Below, piece after piece: positions 10,701 to 22,700 of a DNA stretch of 64,000 nt; the stretch's first letter is position 1, and each line of letters opens with the position of its first letter. The notes under the pieces are model-generated. The model searched no databases and had not been told where the DNA came from. It saw only the letters and a list, made by a program, of their open reading frames with translations. Position numbers and translations under genes: made by a program. The stretch lies in contig MU058463.1 of the NCBI GenBank assembly GCA_013265495.1, forward strand, positions 3,990,244-4,054,243. Reading direction: 5' to 3'. The DNA comes from Vicugna vicugna (taxonomy: Eukaryota).

Positions 10701-13700
10701 GTGGACTGAATCTGAATGAAATCCATGTCTTTGTCATTGTATCTACAATACCTAGTGTCTGTTACATTACAGATAATCAACAATGGTGAATAAATGAATG
10801 TTTGAACTATGTAAAAAAAATTATTTTAGTCCATGGGGTACAAGAATATTTTAGAACCTAATAGCCTGATGTTATAAATGGTAATTTAAACTGAGCTCAA
10901 ATGTTACACTTTTTAGGTTTGATTGCATGTGTGTCTTCTGGATTTATATATCAGAAGACAATTAAAAGATTGAATTTAGTGAGAAGCAAATAACTATGAG
11001 TATTAAGGGTATAATATTTTTATTGGAAGAAATAATATCTCAGGCAGACCACAGAAATCAGAAAATGGTAATACAGTATAGTATTATTCTTATTTTAGTA
11101 TTTACAATCCTTTTGTGTAGTTGGAACCTAATACTTTTAATTCTACTAACATTGAAGTAGTATATTTTTATTTTAGTAATCATAGACTATGTTATTGATT
11201 TTTTCATAGAATTGATGCTGCTTGCATTTTTTTCTATATTTGGAGGCATAATTAAAATATTTTTTACCCACTTTTTAATGTTTAATGAGAGTACTTTGGT
11301 ATTTAATTTGATGTTTTTCAAATATTTTTACAGAGCAATAATTGTTAGAAAAATTAATCATAGCCAAAGATCTATAGAGAATCATGAAGAAACTTAATAA
11401 AAAAAAATCAGTACATATATACTGTCAATTTCTTTTTTAAATACTGGTAACTTCTTAACTGTCAAATTTAGTGTTTTGAAATTTGCAGGCATTTTTGATG
11501 TTGCTAAAACTCAAGGAAGCTGTATTTCTGTTCTATAGGAAATGAGCTAAAATTTTAAGGTATAATTAGAGTTTTCTTTTCAAGTTTAAAAAAATGCTTT
11601 TCCCCATTATCATTTAAATTTTACTGAAATTAATTTGGCTATAGATTTTTTTCCTTGAGTCCTATATAAGTAGAAATAACTGTAATCTATGTCAGTATAT
11701 ATTTGTGTATATATGTATGTGTACATATTGGAGTTTCAGAAAGAAATTATTTAATGAAAGAATGGTTAGTGTTTCAAAAATGTTACTGGCTTTAGATTCC
11801 TCTGTCGTCAGTATGAAGTTCAGCTTATCCTTGTTTCTGATTTTGTGTATGTGGCTATAGAAATCACACATGAAGTTAGATTTATCCTTTTTAGAAAATC
11901 AAATCAAGTATAACTTCTGTAATTCTGTCTTTATACGGTAGTGATATGATATATATACATATACGTGTATATATATAAATGTGCATGTGTATAAACATAA
12001 GATCATCGTAATTTTTTGGTTTTGTTTTGTTTTTGACCATTTTTTTCTTTCCTATGACAGAATATAGTTAATAACATCTTGGTTTTGTAGCAAGACTGAT
12101 GTGGCTGTTAAATCTTGAAGGCCTTGCTAAAATTTAATCATTAATTTAAAACTTAGTTGGTTTTTGGTATTTCAGAAGGAAAGACATATTTTTAATGAAT
12201 GTATAGTTTACCAAGTTTGAATATATATGATGTTAAAAATATTTGTAAGATAATTTGATTTATTCTATTTGAACTTTCTGATGATTTATTTGAGGCTATT
12301 AGTAACTACCTGACCATTTTATAAGTATAAGTGGTAGAATTTGTACTTTATAAACTATATTTAAGATACTGAAACTTTTGTATAGAATGGTGAATAGGTT
12401 ACGGTTGGGGGTGGGGGGATTGGGAGAAAAGTACAATGTCCAGAACTTTAATTTCCATGCTTTTTAGTTTGAATTATTTTTGTTCATTGTAGTGTTTTCA
12501 TTTTGTGAGCTTTCCTATGCACATACAAAATGTTTCTCCTCAGGCCCCCTTGTATTTGCTGGTCCTATTTTTATGAACCATCGAGAACAGGCTCTAGCCA
12601 GACTCAGATCCCATCCAGCACAGCTAAAGCATAAACGGGACAAGCACAAAGGTATTTGGTCTTCCTTATCAACTAGGTTGGATACCTTCCCAATTTCTTC
12701 CACTCATTTGAATTTTGTCTCTGGGAAAATGCACAAACCTAATTCTTCTACTTTGCTTCTATCATTACTATGTAGCCTGAGGAGAAAGAACATGCTGAAA
12801 GTATACTGTTTGTCAATGACGGTCAATCTTATTTTATTTTTTTGGTTAACTTTAATAAAAACAAGACATTTTACAGTGTATCATTTTCTTTTCCATTTCT
12901 TTTCAAATTTCATGAAGTTAAAGGAAGGTAGAAAAATAATTACTGCTTTCTATTTTATATTCTTTATTGTCTGCTCTTAGACAACTGCCATCTGGCATTT
13001 TGCAATCCTTTTTTCTTTTTTTAATGCTATTTATTTGCTTTAGAATTAACAAAATTGCTCCTGTCAATGTATAAAGTAATAATGAGTTGACTGCTATTAT
13101 GCTTCTCCATTGTTTTAAAATCAGAGTTTATATACTTAACACACCTGAATTATTTGATATTTGAGGTTTAAAAAGTGGTAGATGTAAGTAAAGAGTAAGT
13201 TGTGTAGACCTACTGTAAGTCCTCAGAAACTGTCACAGGTCTGAACAAGTCTTCGAGTGACTATGAGTCTGTTTCTACAGAATTCTTTGAGATACCAGAG
13301 TTCTGGATTAATTAAAAATATTCCTAAAGGAAGATTGTTTTCCCTTAAACCTCAGATTATGGGTCAATAAGATCAGGAGAGAATTTAATGCAGAGAATTC
13401 ATAAATTTACATATAAATTCTGCCTAGAATCCTGGCATGTAAACCAGGAATTCTTTGGCTAGTACAACTTAGATTTACTGTTTTCTTAAATGCCTGAAAT
13501 AAACCCTGCAAAATAGAATAGAAAATTTTAAAATTACATACTCCACGTAGACAAATTAATGTTTTGTGTCTTTTTTTTGCCGCAAGGCTGTTATAGACTA
13601 ATTTTATTTTTAAGCTTTCCTATGCAGTATATTATAATCAACTTCATTTTTATTTGCCTCTCTCCACCTATCAGTTTGCCACTCAAAGCAAAACAGAACA

Positions 13701-16700
13701 GACAGACCCACCTGTTTTTAGTAAAAACATAAATAGAGCACTACTTAAGATGTATTCTGCAAAAATAAAAATTGAGAGTGTTTTAAATACAGTGTTATTA
13801 ACCACAGTAAAATTTGTGATTGATTTATTTGCTCGGTACTCTAACAAACCATAACTATTTAAATCTAAGGAACAATATTTGAAATATTCATATTTCAATA
13901 AAAATATAACTTTTTTAGGTCTGTATCAGTATCATATAGACAAACATCTTTGTTTTTTCCAGAATTTTTAAATAAAATGCTAAATGAAGACCAAGTTTAC
14001 AAGTTTAAAAGACTTTTTACAGTATTACACTGATGAGCTGTAGAAATTATTCAACAATATCTAGCCTTAATTCCATCTTGTCTGCCACAGGGTTACTTAG
14101 TGGACTCTGTATATTTGTAGTAACCTCTTTGGAAGGATTTACTTTGTAGTATTATAGTATAAGGCCTTTTTTTTTTTTAAATCATCAGATTGTATGGTTT
14201 TATAGAGTGAAACAGCATCATCTCTTTACCACCAAAATGAATTTAAAGTGTAATTAATATTTTATCAAATGGTTTCCTATTTTATTTAGAGAGTATTAAC
14301 TTACCACTCACTATACACCCGTACATTGGCTCTCCATTACTCCCTTCGCATTCACTGTCCATGTCATTTTATTACCTCACCAGTCACTGCTTTTACTCTT
14401 GCTGCATATAGTCATAGCCTTTTAATACATTTTAAAATTTTTTTCCTACATACATTCTTTTCTATTTTTTTACCCTGTTTATCTTCCACTGAGAAATCAC
14501 TATATTAATTGCTATATTCTGTCTTATATTTAATTATGATGGTACAAATTGTAGGATAATAATGATTTAAATTTTTAGACTGTGACTTTTTTATGGGGGT
14601 GTGTGGAGGGTAAGAACTGTGGATTTATTGTTAACAGGAGAGAGTTCTAAGATGGAAAGTTGGAGAGCTTCTGGCTGATTGGAGAGAATTCAGAGGAGGT
14701 CACGGAATCCATCCTATACAGGCAAATTTTGATTAGAGGCGAAATAAAGTATATAAGACTGAATCAATAAATATAACATATAATCCATATAACATACAGT
14801 ATTCAAAAATGTAACTATAGACTATATTTCAAACAGTTACATGGATTAACATTTGTTTCAGCTATTCAGTGCCTTACATAGAAAAAAAGATGTTAGTTCA
14901 CTACTCCTAGTTAGGGACATTTGAATTGTTCTGAAGAATAGTCTTGAAGTGGCTGATGTGAAAATCTGAAGGTGCACTTAAAAACATGTGTGTGTGATTT
15001 ACACCTATTTTCTATAGAGAAATGGTGTGATGTAATGGAAGTATAGCCTTTGGAATTAGGTCTTAGTTTTAATCCCATTTGTCATTTAGTAGAACTGTGT
15101 GGCCATTCTTAAATTTCTTAATCTCTTCGGTTTCAGTTTCCTTATTTGAAAAATAGGAATGATAATTCCTAACTGATTATGTTGATACGAAGATTAAATT
15201 GAAATTTGTTAAATATGTGATTATTTTTACAAAAGATTTAAGATGTCGACCATGTGGTGGTAAAATGCATGAGCCTTACTTTTGATCAAATTCTTAAACT
15301 GCTTTGCCATTTACTGCTTTGGGCTGGTTACTTAACTCCTCTAAGCCTTGGTTTTCCCAACTGCAAAATGAAATAACAATTCCTATATCATCGGATTATT
15401 ATACTGATTAAAGAAAGCAACAATAGTGAATATTGATTGAGCACTTTTCATACATTATTTTTCACTTAATCTGCCTAAGACCTTTTTGAGGTAATGTACC
15501 ATTGTTGCCATCTTATAGTTGGGAAAGCTAAAACTTAAGAAGGTCCAGTGTCCAGTTATCATAAAACTAGCAAATAGTAGAGCCAAGATTCCAATCCAAG
15601 TCTCTTAGGCTCCAGTGCCCAAAAGCACTTATCCACTGTGCTGTTTAAATTCTCAGTGTTTAGCACAGAGCACATGCTTAGCATATTGTAATTGTTATTG
15701 CTTTGCTGTTTTATTTTAGTGATTTTGCTCAAAGTACTCACTGTGTTCTCTTACATTCAGTGATATGCATGCCAATAAGATTACCCAAAAAGTGTAGATT
15801 TAAATAAAAATTAAACTTTAAAGTTAGAATCTTTTAGATACTGAATCCTCTTTTCTTTATCTGTATGTGTACACAAAAATGCATAGTTTATATACATAGA
15901 ATATTTTAGATGCATATCTATCAAAACTTTACAGCTATCATAGTTTCAATATCACATGATATATGTATGAACATACTTATATTAGGGAAAATAAAGATAT
16001 ACCCAAAATGGCCAATTGTAAGAATATTCAGATCTAATTTTCCTACAAATCTGAGATTAATTTGATTGCTGCTCATTAACACTTTACTGAATAATTAGCT
16101 TGAGCAGAATTAATCTTGCTGCGTTTTACTTCCTGATTCTTGAATTTACACTAAATTCTTAGCTGCTTATTTAGGTACCTTTTTTCTTTGATAAACTTTT
16201 ATAAATTTCTAAATTATTAGAATTGTAATTGATTTTTTTAATTGACATCAAATTCCAGATACAGCCATATATTTTTAAAATTCTGTCACTGCTGCTGCTA
16301 ATGATCAAGAAACTCATCCCTGTTTTTTTCTTATAATAATATTTTTACCATCTGTGGTAATTAAATTATTTCATATAGATACAGATTTGTTTAAATGAAC
16401 TTGAACAAAATGTTGCTATTATTTTTATCTGTAAATAATAGCTACTATTCTTTTAATCACTATGATTTTAATCAGTAAATTACTAGGTTTTTTTCCCCTT
16501 CTTCCCTGATGCTACGTCTCTATTGTGGAATTTGTATCTATATTTAATCTCTGACTTAAGGGAGAGGGCAAAATGCCAAATTCAAAGGTAAAAGCTTCTA
16601 ACTAAGCATCAGTACACTTATGTAAAGTGGAATTACACTTGTAACATTGAATTTAGTTAGGCCTGGCACAGACATATGAACACAATTTGTTTTCTATGTT

Positions 16701-19700
16701 AAAACAGATTTGGTTTTAATAATTATATATTTTTACCTATTGAGTTAAAGCTATAAAATTTCTATATATCTGTCATCTTATTTAAATAGTATTTGGAAGA
16801 TACTTACTCCTTTATGGATAAGCCCTTGTTTGTATTTAACCTTTCCACTGTCTTTCTAAGCTGAGGCGTTTTTGAACTAAAAATATATTGTATTTTGGAT
16901 GGAGTGACATTAAATGTTGGCATTTTTTTAACCCATCCATTCTTGCAGATTTTATTTGGCAAACCCACATTAGATAATTTAGCAGAAGAGGAATCCTATT
17001 CTTTATCCTATTATGGTAAAGCCTCTCACTAATTCAGAATTTTTGATACTTCAGATGCAGTATTTGTGATTTTTCTTAAATAAAAAATTCAAAATAACTT
17101 CTTCCTCTGAATTTTCAGGGTCATACTTATAAGGGGGAACCTGTCTAAAATCACTAGCTTTTCAAACCAAGGGCTCAAGAAATGAAGGATTCCTTCAACG
17201 TGCCTTCAGCCTCTGGGTCCAGCAATTAATTCTTGTATGTTAAAGGACTTTTATGTTTATGGTACATTTTAATGTAATACAGGTCTATCTTGAATTGTAA
17301 TTAGGTAGTCACATTTTATTTATTGTAGCATTTAGTTTAATCTATAATCTGTACTGCAAAAAGGTAATAAAACTGAATTTTTGCTTAAATGTTCTGTAAT
17401 TAAGACCTTTTCAGTAAGTCATATAGGTCAACCTATTCCAAATTAGTAAGGTTTTACTGCCCTAGTGTTGTAAAGAGTTTTAAGTGTTTAAGGTTTTTGA
17501 AGTGCTGCAGTCATTTAGTTATAGAAATTTAAGTCATAATTTAGGCCAATTTTATCTTACCTGGATATTATCAAAGGTTAGAAATTTTAGATTGAAAAAA
17601 AAAAGGATAGTGTGAACATGAAATATTTGATGTTCTGTTTCACATTCTAAAATGGGTAATGAAAAAACAGAATTATTTGAAAATGTGTGTCTGTAGATAC
17701 GTATCTGCGTATTACACACACTTGTTTGTATTTGCTATACCACACGTGAGTAGTTTAGACTAGCTGGCCTGAAATTCCTTTAAGATTTACATTTATTCTG
17801 TGTGTAAGGAATTTGAATCTTGATGATATAGAGGTCATAATTTAATTGATGTATAGTTTTAGACCGAGAAGAGCAAGTTGCCTCTCTTATTTACATATTC
17901 CAAACTAAAGTTGTTATATTCTGGAATGTGTTTTTAAATGTTATCGTTAGAATGCCAGAATATTCAGTGTCAAATGTAGAACCTAGGGGTGGAAAGAAGG
18001 CCTTTAAAGCCAGCTTATGAAAGGAAATTATAAAAAGAAGAGAGGAGGAAAGAAGGAATAAAAGTAGAGGACTTGGTTGAGAGTTGTAGTTGGGGGCCAG
18101 AAGAAGACCACAAAGCCACATGGCTGATGGGCGAGGTGGGACAAAAAAATAAATCAAAGGAAACCATTGAACTGCTGGATAAAACTGTTTGGTCTTCGTA
18201 CATTTTTTTGAAGTTCAATTGAGTTTGGTAGTACTGGTGGACAGCGTAGCCTTACTAAGATGTGTTTGGGAAATCTAAGTCATTTGTAAGTAAACTAGAA
18301 ATCTTTTTTTAAATGGCTAGCACTAACAGCATCACTAAGTTTAAAATAATTGTTAAATGACTTTGCATGCAGTTATTTTTTATGCAGACTAAATTTTCCC
18401 ATATAAACTATTACATTTAGAATTGTGTTATTTCTGTAACTTAATGACCCATTTACATTACATAACTGATTAGCCTAATAGGTTTATCCATAACCAAGTC
18501 TTATCTGTGTTTTTATTGAGATAGTGATACTTGCAAACAGCAGTATATAGTATATCTATTCAAAATTGCTTCTTTGCAGGTAGATTCTTGATCTATCACT
18601 TCTAACAGCTGCAGATTCTTCTTGCTTGTTCCTTTTAACATCTTCTCTTGTTTTTCCATAGTAAACTGATTTAAAATTTTATATTGAAGATGAGTAATGG
18701 CTTAATTACAAATATAACACTTACAGATGGAAGTGGAGAACGAGGAGAAAAGGATGCAAGCAAAATCACAACATATCCTCCAGGCTCTGTGCGATTTGAC
18801 TGTGAGCTCCGGGCAGTACAAGTCAGCTGTGGATTTCACCATTCAGGTAGCAGCTGGAACTTAGGGTATAACTACATTTTTACAATTGTGCTAATTAACC
18901 TGTTTGTTTAGTTTTAACACATGTGATCTGTTAACAGTATGTTAAAAGCTATAATGTGGCAGTGTCTCTCAAATCTATGGAAGTGTCATATTTATTAAAG
19001 AATCTCTTTTAAGCTATGGCATGACTGTCTAGAGATCTGACTTCTAATCTGTCTTCTGATGGACTTACTTTATAATTCAATTTATGAAATTCCTGAAGAT
19101 AAAATAATTTCTGAAATTCCTTTTAAGTCTAATTCTGTGATTTTCTTAGAACCCAGTCATATATTTTGTTACTGTTCAAAGAGAAATGTGCATCAACAAA
19201 TTTATTTTCTTAAAATGTAGACAATGTTTAAATTCCTACTGAATTGTTGACATTTGGGATATAGCTTAGGTTGTATTATTCAACCTTTACAAAAATAAAA
19301 TGTTAATTCTTTTTTGATATTCAGTATATTTCCTTGTATGATGAAGCATTAACATATACTAAAGTTCTAACAAACAGCATTGATGTTGTACATAATTGTG
19401 CAGAACTCAAATCCATGAACCTATATAATTATCCTAGATAGGAGAGAACAGTATTTTGTATGTAGTTACTCATTATAAATCAATTTTACAGTTGACCCAA
19501 ACCAATATTTTATTGAATACTAATGTTATTGAATGGCATTTATAAGAATTTGAAAGTATATATTAGGAAAACATTATGTATTTTATAACCTACAAAAATA
19601 TTTTTAGCTTTTTGAGAACTAAAATTGTATTTATTTCTCATTAAATGTAAGTTTGTGCTTCAATTGCCTATTTTTAATGTCTCTGTACATTTTAAATAGT

Positions 19701-22700
19701 GAAAATTACACTGCTTTCAGTATAGTTGTGATATAATATGTACTGCATATAATGAAAAAGTAAAGCTCTGGATCTTGGTTTCAGTGGTTTTAATGGAAAA
19801 TGGAGATGTCTATACATTTGGATATGGGCAGCATGGGCAGCTCGGACATGGGGATGTCAATTCCAGGTACTTTAACTTTTTGTGTCAAGGTGTTGAGTTG
19901 TTTCTTTTTTTTCTTCCTTTCTTTCCCTTTTTCCTTCTAAATGTATATTTCTGTACATTGAAATAGTATTTATAGCACTCTTTTGCAAAACATGGCCCAT
20001 AAATTATTGGTGCTTCTTAGTTTTTTGGTTGAGTGCTTTTGTAAGGATAGATGATTTTGTAGTTTCAGGAGAAAAGTTGATTTACATTTTATACATTTAA
20101 AATGTAAAGATGATTATCATTATAAAATCTTACTGTATTCTTAAGAATTAATATCTTTTTAAAAGCTGTTCATGGCAATAGAAAACACAGTGAATATCCC
20201 CAAATTTCATTTTAATAAGTCAGCAGTGGATTTATTCATATTCCTTGATGTTATCTGTTTTGAAATTTTAGTCTAATATTAACATGAAGCTCTTGAAGCT
20301 TTGGAATAATTTACAAACCAAATCTAATGGTCACTCAGAGAAACTGTGTTTTGACTTACCTGGAATAGTGAAGAACTAACATTGATGGAGACTACTAGAC
20401 ATTTTTTAATGTCCATTCTTCCCTACTTATTTGGTAGTAGAATTTTAGTTGATGACATGACCATGTAGCTAAAGACTGTTTTCCCACCTCCATTGTAGCA
20501 GGATATGGCTATGAACTAAGTGATGTATGTAGCTTTGGAATCATGCTGTTAAAGGGAAAGAGGGGTACCCTTCCATTTCTCCCTGTCCCCTCCCAGCTTG
20601 CTGCCTGGAATCCATACATGATAGCAGAAGCTGGAGAAGTTATCACAGCAATCATAAGTTGGAAACATATGTATGAGAATGACAAGGTAGAAATAGCATG
20701 CGTCCCCAATACCATGGAACTGCCATATCAGCTCCTTATAATTGGGTTCTTACCTAGGAGAGACATAAACTTCTATCCTGTTCAAGCCCTCATTACTTTG
20801 CTTTCATTACAGCGGCTGAATCTGTATCTGCTTAATACAGTAAGAGTGCTTTTGGTCAAAAGTATAGAATATCCATCTTTATTAGTTCAGATCTTCCAAG
20901 AAGAAGATGCTGAGACAGAATTAGATGTGCAGAGGGTTTATTGGGAGGAAACTCCTGTGAAAGATGAAGGAAAACAGAGCAGGACTAGGCAGGGGGAACC
21001 TTCAGACCTGGTGTAGATCTGACCCCTGTGAAAGGCAAGAAGGATGGGGTGGGAAGAGTTAGGTTACAGTGCAGTTCTGAGAACATTTTAGTCAGGCCAC
21101 TTGGGTGTCCTCAAGCCACGGTTGCCTTTGGCTGAGTCCCAGATTGGGCAGGATGTGCCACTGTTCATAACCTTTACTGTGCTCAGTCACAGGCTGGTAG
21201 TGTCCCAGGGTAAGATTGGCCTTGTGGGTGTAAAGGAACAGTTTCTAGGCTCTCAGTCATTCATGAAGGTCGTCTTGAAGATCTGAGTGATCCACATGTG
21301 TGGCCGCCCCACCACTGAAACGGAGTTTATTTAATAAAGTCTGGAGATTTTAGGGCAGCTTCAGGCTAGGCTTGACTGACCAATTCAGTTTACCACAGAA
21401 CCTCTATTCGTTTTGACTCTTTGCTCTACCTTATTCTTCCTTGTGGTCACAGGATACCTGCCAAAATCAACTGGACCTTTATGTTTCTCATTCACATAGC
21501 AGTGAACCCCTTCAGTCATTAAATAAAGTTCAGAATTTTCACTGTATTCTGAAATCACTCCATCACTGTGACAGGGATGGAATTATGCCTTTTACATAGT
21601 AAAGACCAGTGATTCTTAATCCTGGTTGTACAGTGGAAACACTTAGAGAACTTCAAAAATACCATGCCTGGATTCTAAGAATCTAGAATTTCTCAGATCC
21701 GTTTGTTGGGAGACTGGTGTCAGAGGTGGGAGGTGAAGGTGGTAAGGGCAATACTGGATGTAATGCCAGCATCAAAGCTTTTTTCTAAAAGTTCTCCACA
21801 GTTTCGTGTGCATCCAGGATTAAGAACCACTGTCCATCCCTAGAAGGTGGGGTCAGACCATTTGCACTGCACACAAAATGGGGATGAAAGGAATGTCCTT
21901 AGTTATTGGATGATTGAGGTATCATTGAGTTGAACTTCTCACTAAATACACAAGTGCAGCATATATTTGACACTTGTCAAGAGGTATATAAAACTGTCAC
22001 AGTCCTAATGATAAATGTTGTGCTTGGAAAGAGAGCAGAAGGTCTTTGATGGAATTACTTTATTGACACTTGGATATTATAGGATGTTGGATATGACTGA
22101 GTATCAGTGGGTTTGCCAGGTTGAGGAATTACCATCACAGGCATTAGAAGACAGCGGATACTTTACTTCACATTCGAATGACCTCACTCGTATGCAGTGA
22201 CTGAGACAGGACTTGTGATTTGTATGGAGAAGAATTTGGGAACTTTTTATTCTGTTTTTTACTGAAGACTCATGACACAGAAAGAGAGAAAGAGGGTTGA
22301 TTATCATCATCATCGCTGTTATTTAGCTGACAGTTTTCTTGCAAGTCATGACACAAACTGGGAAAGATGTGTTACAGTTAGACATGACGGAGCATCAGTC
22401 ATGTGTGCAGCAAGACGGACACATCTTCACAAATCAGACGCTGCACTTGGATAGCATTCCCCAGAAAAGGACTGGCAAATAGCTGTATTTCCTGGTCTTG
22501 ACTGAGTGGGAGGGAAGTAGTGAATATCTTTATAATCAAACCACAGCCCCAAGGTGACTGCAGTGTGAAGAACAAATAGCTTAAGCACAAGATCCTGCCA
22601 TGCCACGTTGAGGCTGTTGAAAGGGAAGGCTCTCATGTCAACTTCTAAAATGAAGAGGTTACTTAAAACACTGCCTCCTGTCCTGATTATCAAGCAGGGA

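Noticed and set aside
20543..21016. 157-aa ORF
   Set aside because: Spans two LTR remnants; no recognisable protein, and it is not needed for the MYCBP2 frame.
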